DNA of 64,000 nucleotides from Iphione sp. A-MEVVRFRX5 (taxonomy: Eukaryota), in contig OZ320316.1 in assembly GCA_976226885.1 (NCBI GenBank), positions 89,404,001-89,468,000 on the forward strand. Reading direction: 5' to 3'. Every line of letters begins with the position of its first letter. The first letter of the stretch is position 1. The position numbers were made by a program, and so were the translations under genes. Positions 11,822 through 21,989 of the stretch are shown here, in pieces. The notes below the pieces were generated by a model. It made no database searches. It had not been told where the DNA came from and worked only from the letters and a program-made list of their open reading frames with translations.

Positions 11822-12429
11822 TTGAAAAATACTTACAAATAACTTACAAATACCTAATAACATAGCATAGAAATTTGATCTTATACAAAGATTGTTCACG
11901 AAATACATCTTATAATGTATACAGGTACATATGAAAATCGAATGTATTCGATATGTATTTGTTGAATGTTCAATAAAAAAAAAAAAAAAAAATGCATTAC
12001 AAGCAGTTATAATAGTTGTGAGAGTGTGCTGCAACATTGTATCGCCTTTTTATACTGGTCGTACTGGTCGTAAATAGGGCTCACGTCTGATGAAAACATG
12101 TACATCCATTCTTTTGTACGTAACTACAGTGAGGCGATCCTCAACGTGCCCTCCGCTACATTAAGCATCATTGTCTCTGTTTCACGTAATCGATCGTCGG
12201 TCTTTCATGATATACCGGCTGGTAGATAGTGTACTTAATTACTAACAGCGAATGTTTTTTTTTCGGCGTTTCATTTTATGTATTTCTAACCTATCACTGT
12301 AATATATCCCCTGTCCTTTCAATAAATGTCGCGCCACGTAGAAAGCCACAGAGTCCTTTGTCATCTTATAATTATGGTGGAAAAGGCTAAGTTGAAAACA
12401 TTAAATTCACACAGTGATCAAGGTTCATA

Positions 12430-13800
12430 TCAACCCTTTAACAGTGGTCGATGCCATTTGGCACTCCCGTGTCGGGACGATCGATGCCAAGCGGAATTCC
12501 CACGATAAGATGAAGGATGCCATATGGCATTATTGTAGGGGTGTCTACAGAAAAATGTGAATGCCTAGGTTAAAAATTGACCGATCTTAATGATATTTGG
12601 AGAGAACTTAGGATAGATAAGTCCCTATAACTTCCATTATTTACTTTTTCAATACATTTTATGCTTCAATGTCTATAATGTTTTTTGTCATGACGTCTGT
12701 ACATCACAGGTGCGTGCTGTCTGCGGATAGGGAATATCTGTTGTCATTTTCACAAAATCAATACCCAATCGATATTTTGGATATTGATTTTTCTTTGGAT
12801 GACTCTGATTGGGAGGAAAACCTCCCATTAAACATTATACAACTTCTGGATGGTGGTAAGGACAATTCTGATGATGAATCAATTGAGATGGCAAGTTTGG
12901 ATGAAGAACCACTCATTGCACTTCAGAGACATCAGGAAGTACAGCGAAGCAAATGGATATCAATGATAAAATGGACGATGGAGATCAAATTTGGGTGGAA
13001 ACTGCAACAGGACAGCTGAAAACACCTCCAACTCCTGAATTCGACATATCACTGGCATTGACAAGGATGAAGTGGATTTGGAGAAAGCCAAGACTCCTTT
13101 TGACTTCATATCCCTTCTCCTATTCACTGATTATTTTTGGCGCACTTGTCTCAAGCACAAACAGATATGCTGCTGATAAGACAGAAGAAAAGCCAGAAGA
13201 CCATAAGTTACCCTAGAAAATTGTCAATATGAATGAAATTTCAATTTTCTGGGCTTGGCAATGCTCACGGGCATCCTAGGAAAACTTGAGATCAAGGAAT
13301 ATTGGGCAGCAGCTGGGAAGGACCTGACATCAACATTTGCCATGTACATGCCTGGGGACCGGTTCACAACAATTCTGAGGTAAAGCAAAATAATTTTTTT
13401 TTGTAATTTTTTTCCTCTAATATATGAATGTGATATGTTGCTTAATGTGAATTACTGACTGTTATTTACCATAGGTTTTGTACAAATATTGATTTCTGAT
13501 GTATTTTCCACCAGATATCTCCACTTCACCAAGGATGATGCACCTAATGGAGACAACAATGGCCTCACGGGGCCAATGCACAAGGTTGCTGTTTTGTATG
13601 ATTTTTTCAACGAGATGACCATGAGAGTCAACAACCCCCAGAAAAATGTCACTGTGGTCGAAATGATGATAAAGCACAAAGGTTGTGTATGATTCCATCA
13701 ATATATGCCTGCTAAATCTGTAAAATGGGGACTGAAGTGTTGGGGGCTGGCCAAGTCTACCACTGGATATACATGTATATTGCAGTCTGTACCGACGAGA
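12430..13800 (+). mobile_element. 5' remnant of a piggyBac-family DNA transposon
   Basis: TCAA (degenerate TTAA) followed by CCCTTTAACAGTGGTCGATGCCATTTGGCA at 12430-12463 resembles a piggyBac left terminus, and transposase fragments follow. No right TIR or C-terminal half was found. Confidence 0.7.
12953..13795 (+). pseudogene. piggyBac transposase pseudogene (frameshifts, stop codon, first catalytic Asp altered), interrupted by a 135-bp intron at 13380-13514
   Basis: Fragments LVSSTNRYA; LGLAMLTGI..IKEYW; MPGDRFTTILR|YLHF; VTVVEMMIKHKGCV*FHQYMPAKSVKWGLKCWGLAKSTTGY, matching the piggyBac pattern xDExMxxFKGR..QYxPxKPxKWG. Confidence 0.85.
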
Positions 13801-14642
13801 AGAGTCATATCCAAAATAGTTCCATTTTTTTTTTATAAATATCCTTCACGGTGATGCTTGGTTACTCGCATTGCATAATAGTAAAGTTGAGGTGTCACAT
13901 ACAACGCCTCTTCGAATTAATACACAAGTTCTATGTGTAATTTGAGAGCAGAAAATGTCTGCAAACAAGTATCCTTACATGCACATGTATTGTTACACAT
14001 CAGTAGGATTGAAACTTCAAGCTTTCAGTATAATAAAAGTATTTAGTTGTTCCCACGTCGCCCTTACTGAACTGAGCCTGTTTTCTGTAGAAACAGTGAG
14101 TTAAGTATTTTTTCTGGATATAAGATGCTGAAAAACTAACTTTTGGTTATGAAATGCATTAGGATAGAAGATATTGAAATATGTCAGAAAGTGTCGCCAT
14201 ACGTTGAAACCTCACTAATCTGTTCTTCCAAGGAACCATCCAGATTTGGCGTGTATAGTGAGGTGGCTGTATTATTAAGGGAAATTATGACGGGTTTAGT
14301 AGATCTAGCTTCTGGTTCTCATGGGTCCCTGTAGTTCCCTTAAAATGCATTCAGATATGAGGAAAATCACTATATAAATTGTACATATCGTTTTTATTAA
14401 TTTGAATGAGGATGTCTTTTGACCTAAAGTGTGCCATCCGTTATGCAATCTACTTCTACAGATATTTATATACAACATACATTTCGGCAATATGCCCTGT
14501 TGGCAACCTTAAATAATCACAAATATTAAAAAGTAAAAATTCATTATTATATCTGTTTACAGCTACTGTCCACAGATACTATATTACATATTCCACAGTG
14601 TTAAAAACGCCCTGATAAGGGCGAAACCTTGGAATAAAAATA

Positions 14643-14686
14643 CATTATTATTATCATCATCATCATCATCATTATTATTATTATTA
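14643..14686. repeat. Compound (TAT)n/(CAT)n microsatellite after AATAAA, probably the 3' tail of a short retroelement fragment
   Basis: cattattattatcatcatcatcatcatcattattattattatta, preceded by AATAAA at 14633-14638 and a GCCC-TGATAA-GGGC hairpin at 14609-14622. Confidence 0.7.
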
Positions 14687-17600
14687 CAACTAAAGCGTAT
14701 TGATGCTTATTTATGTATAAATATAGTTCTGTGTAATAGGTGTTTTTGTGCTGAGTGAATAGTGTTATCAAGGATATGTTTTTTTATTGTCCAAGTAAGC
14801 TATCACTAATAATACGTAAGGTGTTATATAACAATTTAGCATGTTGGATAAGACTTAGGCTTAGTCTTGCAATGTATCACCCTCACTATAGGGAACGCCG
14901 ATGGATACACCGTCTAAAACGGTTTACCCTCGTGGCCTGAATCTTCTGGACTAACCTGCCACACCCCCCTCCCCCCCAAACTCACTGTCGTCGTCATTCA
15001 TCTATCACACTCACTTTACAGTATATGTCACTCCAATCTGCTGTCTGAACTGACTTCCACCGATCAATTTTCGTTTCCCACAGAGCAAGGTCAGTTTTCC
15101 CTGAATTTTCTAATAAAAAAAAAAAGATGATTTCACTGACCAAATTTGAAATTCCCTGACCTGACCTGCGGCAACCCTGCAAAGCCTTTTGCTATGACCT
15201 AAGGGGCTGGACATTGTTCAGTCTTCACCTGTCTCTGGGTGCTGTAGCCACTGAAACCTTTGTTCGTTTCCTATTTAGAGACACATTGTCACTGTTCAGA
15301 GAGTCTCTGTGGGTAGGAAATGTTTCAGTTGTGCTAGTAATCAAAGACAAGTGAAGTTGAACAATGCCCAACACTCCAAGTGATAGGTTAATTGAAGCAG
15401 TATGTCAACAAATACGATAAGAGGCAATATAGAGTATGGGAGCTGACAACGGTAGGAGACACCCTCCCTTCTATGATCACACATCTCTATTTGACGAGCA
15501 ACAATTTACTACCAATACACACACAAACAGTTTTAAAAGACTAAAAACCACGATAACATCTATAGTCGATTGAACTAATCATATCTAAAGATTTAACTAA
15601 TCATATCTAAGGAAGCATCTACAGCATCAGTTTCATTGCAAACCCCTAGGTGGCGTATCTGTTGTTATGGCTTTCCACTATTTTGTATTTGGTCTAAATG
15701 TTATATTGCAGGAATATGTACATATATATATATATATATATATAAATCTATCTATAAATACATGTGTTTTCGGTCAAGAGATAAACATTTATAAAGTAAC
15801 AGCATTTCGATCATACATCAATAGAAAAGGTCTGACATGGGCATCTCTATGCCACTAAGTTCCTATGACGCACACTGCTGAGGAGATCGCTGGATGTACG
15901 CACGTGTGCACTACTTACAGGCTGTAGGACATACTGAATATTTACCAATCTCATACTATTTTGCAGGACACTGTATGTATCTTATGTCTGTTTCACTCTA
16001 TGATGCGTACAAGGATCTACAGCATGTTCCGTCTCTCAGGTGCAATGGTCATGTATCAGATGGTGCAATGGCGGTTCTCTGGTTCATCTATATTGGGTAA
16101 GGATGGTCAACATGTGGTGTAATCATCATTTGGTCAACTCCTTAGATTTGTCCCGAAGACGCATTTTTCCTTCATCAATGTGCTGCTTCTCAGACAAGGA
16201 TGGAAAACTGAGAGACATATCAGGGTTACCCGATGACAGACAATGGACATAAAGACAGAACACTATCGATGACTAATTTGTGGGCACCTTTGCACGTATC
16301 CTGGAAGCTAGGTATGAAATAATGCATTTACACAATAAAATATCTTGTTCCTGCAGTCACTAACTTTCATATGGTATGCATTTAATGAAGATCCAAGCAG
16401 TAGAAGTGATGGCTCCAGGACTGTAAAGTACTGTATAGACTTATCACTGGAACAATTGCATTGTAAAAAAAATCCACACCAATCTATACTGCTCCTATCC
16501 TTTTTTTAACATGTTACCGGAAATACAGATATTTTGGTGGGAGGGCCTTATTTCACAACTAACATTTGCCGGGAGCTTCACTTGCCTATGACTGTAGGAG
16601 CTGCTGGAATATTCTCTAGCTATTGAGCCATGTTGAATTGTGAAAAGCAATCCTTAGCAGGCAAATGTACAATGGTTTCAGTGAGCCAGCAATAATAAAC
16701 AAGCGAAAATGTACAATATCCAAGTCTCCCATCGATAAGTCAAATGTCTTTTGATCAAGCTTTTTTATTTCTTAGCACATAGCGCTCGGGTCTTGATTTT
16801 CTTTTCAAAGAAGTCTATGGCTATAAATAAAGCAGAAAATATATACTCAGTCTATCACAGGACTGTTGTATCATCTGAATAATGAAATTTCCGGCTCTAT
16901 AGTGACATATACCGTCAGCCCCGCCCAAACGGACGGGAGCTCTTTCACTATAAATCATCCGAAAGACTAGGGAGTTTCCTTATTCGTACTATGAAATAGA
17001 GGAAGAATTCACTTTTGTTCCTGGTTAAGATCTGTGAATATGTGGGGAATCTGTTTTGTGTGTGTTTTCTGTTTGTTTTGGGGTTGACTGGGTCAATTGT
17101 AAGACATCAAAAATCTAACCACATCATTTAGATAGTCACAAACTACATTCATTTACATGTACAGTGTATTACATGGATGTATTCTCCCAATGTAAACCAC
17201 CAGTGTAGTGTAATATGTACCTCATAATGAATTTCGTTACATAGATAAAATTGACAAGAATGAAGGGAACTGAATAGTGAAGAACAGCTGTATATATTTA
17301 TGTACCATATGCATGAAGGTTAATATAAAGCAAATCATAAACTGCCGTAAGACAACATATAACGACTTCTCAGAAGTACCTTCTAAATTGGAGAGAATCT
17401 AGTAGGAAAATGGAAAAGTTTATCAAAATCTGGATTTATTTAGGTAGATCCCTTAATGCAACCATCAATCACAAGCATTCGGGGAAGTATGTCCCCTTCA
17501 TCAGGTGGAAGTGTAAAATTGAAGTATAATATATATCTGTTAACAAAGTAGACGTGTTCCTGCATTTCACTTCACTGTCTGACTGTGGGAAACTCCGTCA

Positions 17601-17992
17601 TCAGATGTAAAGCATTTAACCATGAACATTAATAGCTTTTTGGCGTTGTACTTAATTAAAGAATGTCATATAGAATCACATGGCTCTGTTTGTTATTGGC
17701 CATTCCAAAGCATTTTTTGAGGAAAGAGTTCTTACAATGTGACCTCAGACCACAACATCTACACACAAAACGAACTGCATGATGAAAAGGTTTCCTTTTA
17801 CGAGGATTTGCTAACAGAAATATACCTATACCTCGAAAGCAAGATACTTTTTGAACGACTACATATACAGTTTAGCATAGTATTTCATTCCAACAGACTA
17901 ATGTGGAATGTCGCTGATACAAATGCGGGAGGGTCTGAGGAAAATCTGCCCGGATTACGGGATGTCCGGATTAGCTAAAGTCTGATAGGAAA

Positions 17993-18240
17993 GTGGCAGT
18001 AGAGGCTCAATAGTGACAGGAGGGGTTCTGCAGTGGCAGAACGGGTTCAGTAACAGAGGGAGAGGCTCAGTAACAGAGGGAGAGGCTGGCAGGGGAGGCT
18101 CCGTATCGGCAGGATAGGCTCAGTAGAGGCAACGGATGCTCAGTAGCAGCAGTGGGGGGCTGGGTAGCGGCAGGAGGGGCTCAGAGGCAGTAGGAAAGGC
18201 TTGTGAGCAGCAAGAGGGGCTCGATAGCAGGAGAGGCATG
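17993..18240. repeat. Degenerate purine-rich minisatellite with a ~20-21-bp unit
   Basis: Recurrent (a/g)gaggggaggctcagtaacag / ggctcagtagcagcag units, including an exact tandem cagtaacagagggagaggct. Confidence 0.6.
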
Positions 18241-19479
18241 TGAACGGTATGATAGGGGTCATCAAAGAGGAAGGTATGACAGTGTCCTCACACCTATCCT
18301 GTTATTGTCCAGTATAAACTCCATAAAGCACGGTTTGAGGTCGCAAAATAAGTGTCCCTAAGCGAGTATCCAGAATATACGAGCATCGAGAAGAGCCAGA
18401 TTCCTCTAAACACTTAAAAATGCCATAATATTTCGTTCTGCAATGAATCCGTCCGGAATCTGTGATGTCCACAAAAGCAAGTCGGCCAGAATCTGAGATT
18501 CTACTGTACTAAGCCGCACACGTTTGCGTCCGGGGATTGGGGTCAGTGTTCGTGCCATTTAGTTTCCACCTCCAAACACTGATTCTATCCTCTGCACGTT
18601 ACCCAGCCTTCGGTGCGGGGTAAGCTGCAGCAGTTGCACGAAAACATACAAGCCCAACGTTCCAGGGCTAGCCAAATTCTGGGAGGCCTATACATGTATT
18701 CAGCCCGCGAGGCATCTGAATATGTAAAACGGTGGATGGCATTGATTTCTTCTACATTCCTGACCGTCCCAGCCATGTACCTGTCCGAGAAAGTGAAGTA
18801 CAGCCATACTGATATAGCAGGCACGGGAGAGAAATCCTATTCCGACGACAGACGACATTTTTACAAACCCCAAGTGACTAGTAAAAAATTAGATAAAATC
18901 TCAAGGGGTCAGACGAAGGTGTTCATCCAGGGAAAACGGCTTGTGACGGAAATGAATGGAGAAACATATTGGGAATGACACTGACAACCGTCTGTTCCTC
19001 GTGGGTGCAAACATGAAGTCGAGAGCGAGTGCGTTTGTGTGTGAGAGAGTCACCACCCTCCATCATGGCATGATGGATCACGGAGCTGCCTAATGTACTT
19101 ACATCTAGCCTTATCTCTGCTGATGACAGATATCAAACGGACCTGTACTACTGGACATCTGACCACATCAATACATCTACATTATGTCTACACAATCAGT
19201 CATGTGGGCTCATTTGTACAACATGAACCCTTAGGCGCTATCCCCATGTGTGCAAGTTATCCGGACCCACCACTGGTAGACTACCTGGGTAGACTGGACG
19301 AGGCAATTAAAATAGAACTATCTCCATGTGCATGGACTACCCAGACCTGACACTGGGCACGTGCGGGATGGTCAGGTCTGCCCAGACCACATAACATTGT
19401 GTGTGCTGCACAAAGGCATTTAACATATGTTAAAGGTTCAAAAACATATATATATTTATAGTTCTTTAAACTTTGCATA

Positions 19480-19620
19480 TTATTTGCATAAAAAGCCACC
19501 AAATTTCCATCCATATGCCTCACTTTCAACAAAAAGTCACAAAAATTCCACAGATATGCCTCACTTTCAAAAAAGGCCACACAATTTCTACCGGTATGTC
19601 TCACTTTCAACAAAAAGGTT
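19480..19620. repeat. Tandem repeat with a ~41-bp unit (about 3 units), related to 62280-62370
   Basis: atatgcctcactttcaa recurs at 19513, 19554 and 19594. Confidence 0.75.
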
Positions 19621-19975
19621 CTATTCTATATTTTATGCAAATATTATGCAAATTAATAATGAATTTTCAAGAACTACATATGTTTTAAGCATTTAAGATA
19701 TGCTTTCAATGACTAGTAGGGCTGTGTTCAGAGGTATCCATAGACCAAAAACGCCTAAGGCTCTGTGAACATATATTCCATACTGGTAGGCAGAACTACC
19801 AAGCCATCCACAATGTATTTTTTCGACCTGTTCACAGAGAGCTGTTCATGTTGCTCTCCTCCCTGCATTTTAGAAGCCCTTCTGTATTGGTTTCACCCAA
19901 AAAAATCGAAAATTTTCTTGAAAACCAAACAAAACATGCAAATGAAAAACAAACTTCAGCACTCTTGGCCCGATC

Positions 19976-19991
19976 AGAGAGAGAGCGAGAG

Positions 19992-20046
<55 letters not shown>
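19976..20046. repeat. (AG)n microsatellite
   Basis: Near-perfect AG dinucleotide run with two C interruptions. Confidence 0.95.
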
Positions 20047-20048
<2 letters not shown>

Positions 20049-20523
20049 AAAGTCGATATTAAAACCAACCCTATTCCAACGTTATCAAAAACTTTAACAC
20101 CCTTGAAACAATCATGATATAGGGACGGTGGCGTTGACAACTCGCCACTCGGACACACAAATTGAAAAAGAACATGTAGCTATGTTTTGTGCGTACGGTC
20201 TTCATGTAGGTTCCTCGGAGGGCGCTGCGATCGCCACTATGGCGACAGGCTAAATATCGGCTCCGCCTTTGGGGTGGGGGTTAATGGAAATAAATCGTTT
20301 CAATTACCATATAATGGGTTAGTAAAATAAATCAAGCCTTCGAGACCGTGCAGACAGATACCAACCGAAGATACAAGCGCAAATTGAGGAGGAAATACAC
20401 GAACAACTCGCACGATGCAGCCAACGCTGAGAACGACGCACTGCGCAGCTGCGTGGACTGACCTCCTTCCGCCCACCTCACCTACCTGTCAAGTGTCGTC
20501 TGCATCTTTCTATACTCATCAAA

Positions 20524-21882
20524 ATGGCAGACCACAGCTATACATCAGAGGAAGTCTCGATGGAATATCAAAATGCAAGTCTGAAAAGACCTCGTCCATC
20601 TGAAGACACCGTAGAAGATTTAAAATCCGCAGGAGTTCCCGTAAAAATCAAGCCTCCTGTGACAGCTGACAAAGGAACCAACTCCAAGATGGCGAACACA
20701 CCAACCACGCCAGAGACGCTGGTTGACAACAATCGTCTTCTACGTGAAATACAGGCAGTAAGTGACAAAATAACTGCTATTGATATCCGTAATGACAAGG
20801 CAGAAGCTCGTATGACTCAGACAGAAGGACAGGTACAAGGTTTACAGACGAAAACAGCGACGCTATCAACAGACATGGCTGTCACCACCAGTAAGCTCGA
20901 ACTACTTATGCGTAAAGTTGAAATGCATCATGAGCATCAATTAATTGTTGAAAAATATTCTCGTCGCTATAATCTTTGCATGGACGGTCTCCCTGAATCT
21001 GTGAACGAGTCCAACACAACATTGAAGTCCTTAGTAGAGTCCATATTTGTCAAAGCGCTGGGCATCACTGGCATCACCCTTGATGTAATTCATCGGCTGG
21101 GGACGGACACCGCTCCGCAACGTTCCGTTATAATGAAATTTGCAACGATGAAGGAACGAAACCAGGTCTGGCTGGCACGCACCAAACTGAAGAATTTTAC
21201 TACGTATCGGTTATGGCTGAGGGAAGACCTACCAGAGGAGCTCAGGCTTCGCAGAGATGTCGTCAGACGCAGCTTCCAGGCGGGCAAGAAAACCGAAACT
21301 TACAATCAAATACAACTCAAGGGTGACATTCTGATTCTAGACGGTCAAACCTATGATTACCATTCCCTGTCATGTCTCCCACCCTCATTAACCCCCGATG
21401 CTCTGTGTTATAAACAAAGTGAGGAAGCGTATATTTTCAGTGGGGAACGATCTCCTCTCTGTAACGATTTTCCTCTCACGTTTATATATGCCCATGAATC
21501 TTACTACTCTGTGACACACTTTGTGGTTATTCATTATGCTAGAGCTAAAAAGCATTATAGGTTTGAACGGTTAGCATTATTAAATCATGACATTCGTCAC
21601 GTGCAGACTCTGTTACACCAGCTTCGTCAACCTGATAATGAGGACTTACACGAGCGCAGGGCCCTGAAGATAGCTCTCTAGATCAAATTTCAAGTCTCCA
21701 CCCTTGCTGCTGATGTCCTACGCCAAACAGGGTCCAGAAAGATCGCATGGGCCTCACGCAACATGCACTGGGGTTCTGCGCTCCCACTACACCACAAGGA
21801 TGCACTGCTTCCCTCCAAATGGACTGGTAAAAATTATCTAGGAGCCCTCTTAATGGAATTTCGGGCCCAGTTATCTGGTTAA
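20524..21882 (+). pseudogene. L1/Tx1 ORF1 (452 codons, one in-frame TAG at 21679-21681): coiled coil, RRM/CTD and C-terminal NADAR (YbiA-like) domain
   Basis: RRYNLCMDGLPE...IHRLG...RSVIMKF...WLREDLPEE marks an L1-type ORF1. Reading through the TAG gives IKFQ...VLRQTG...HWG...WTGKNYLGALLMEFRAQL, and the domain begins at YIFSGERSPLCNDF (21421). Confidence 0.85.
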
Positions 21883-21989
21883 ACCCCCCCCCTAATGGCG
21901 GTTAGTCTGTTAGCTGAACAGACAACTCACCGCCTTCTCAGAGTTTTCTATCTTTGTGTGGGGTCCAACCCACTCTCCATTTTCAATTT

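Larger units (their letters stand above)
7330..11992 (+). mobile_element. Apparently intact two-ORF non-LTR retrotransposon of the CR1/L2 group (Jockey superfamily); 5' end approximate
   Basis: ORF1 plus APE-RT ORF2, short 3' UTR, AATAAA at 11972-11977 running into an 18-nt poly(A) tail ending at 11992. No exact TSD found. Confidence 0.88.

Noticed and set aside
7371-12004. TSD for the CR1/L2 LINE (gcatttcaag at about 7376 versus gcattacaag at about 11994)
   Set aside because: Only a 9/10 match, and the 5' boundary is unknown, so it could be chance.
14609-14638. CCTGATAAGGGCGAAAC as a minimal (Penelope-type) hammerhead ribozyme
   Set aside because: The core reads CUGAUAA rather than CUGANGA, and there is no NUH cleavage triplet after GAAAC-CTTG-G. 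It is better explained as a small 3' hairpin before AATAAA and a microsatellite tail.
18340-18980. ORF 18613..18978 (+) and a signal-peptide-like minus-strand frame (MSSVVGIGFLSRAC...)
   Set aside because: Neither frame gives a recognisable domain or a consistent splice model, so it is left unassigned.
19765-20158. ORFs with (ER)n or (SL)n tracts
   Set aside because: They are translation artefacts of the (AG)n microsatellite.
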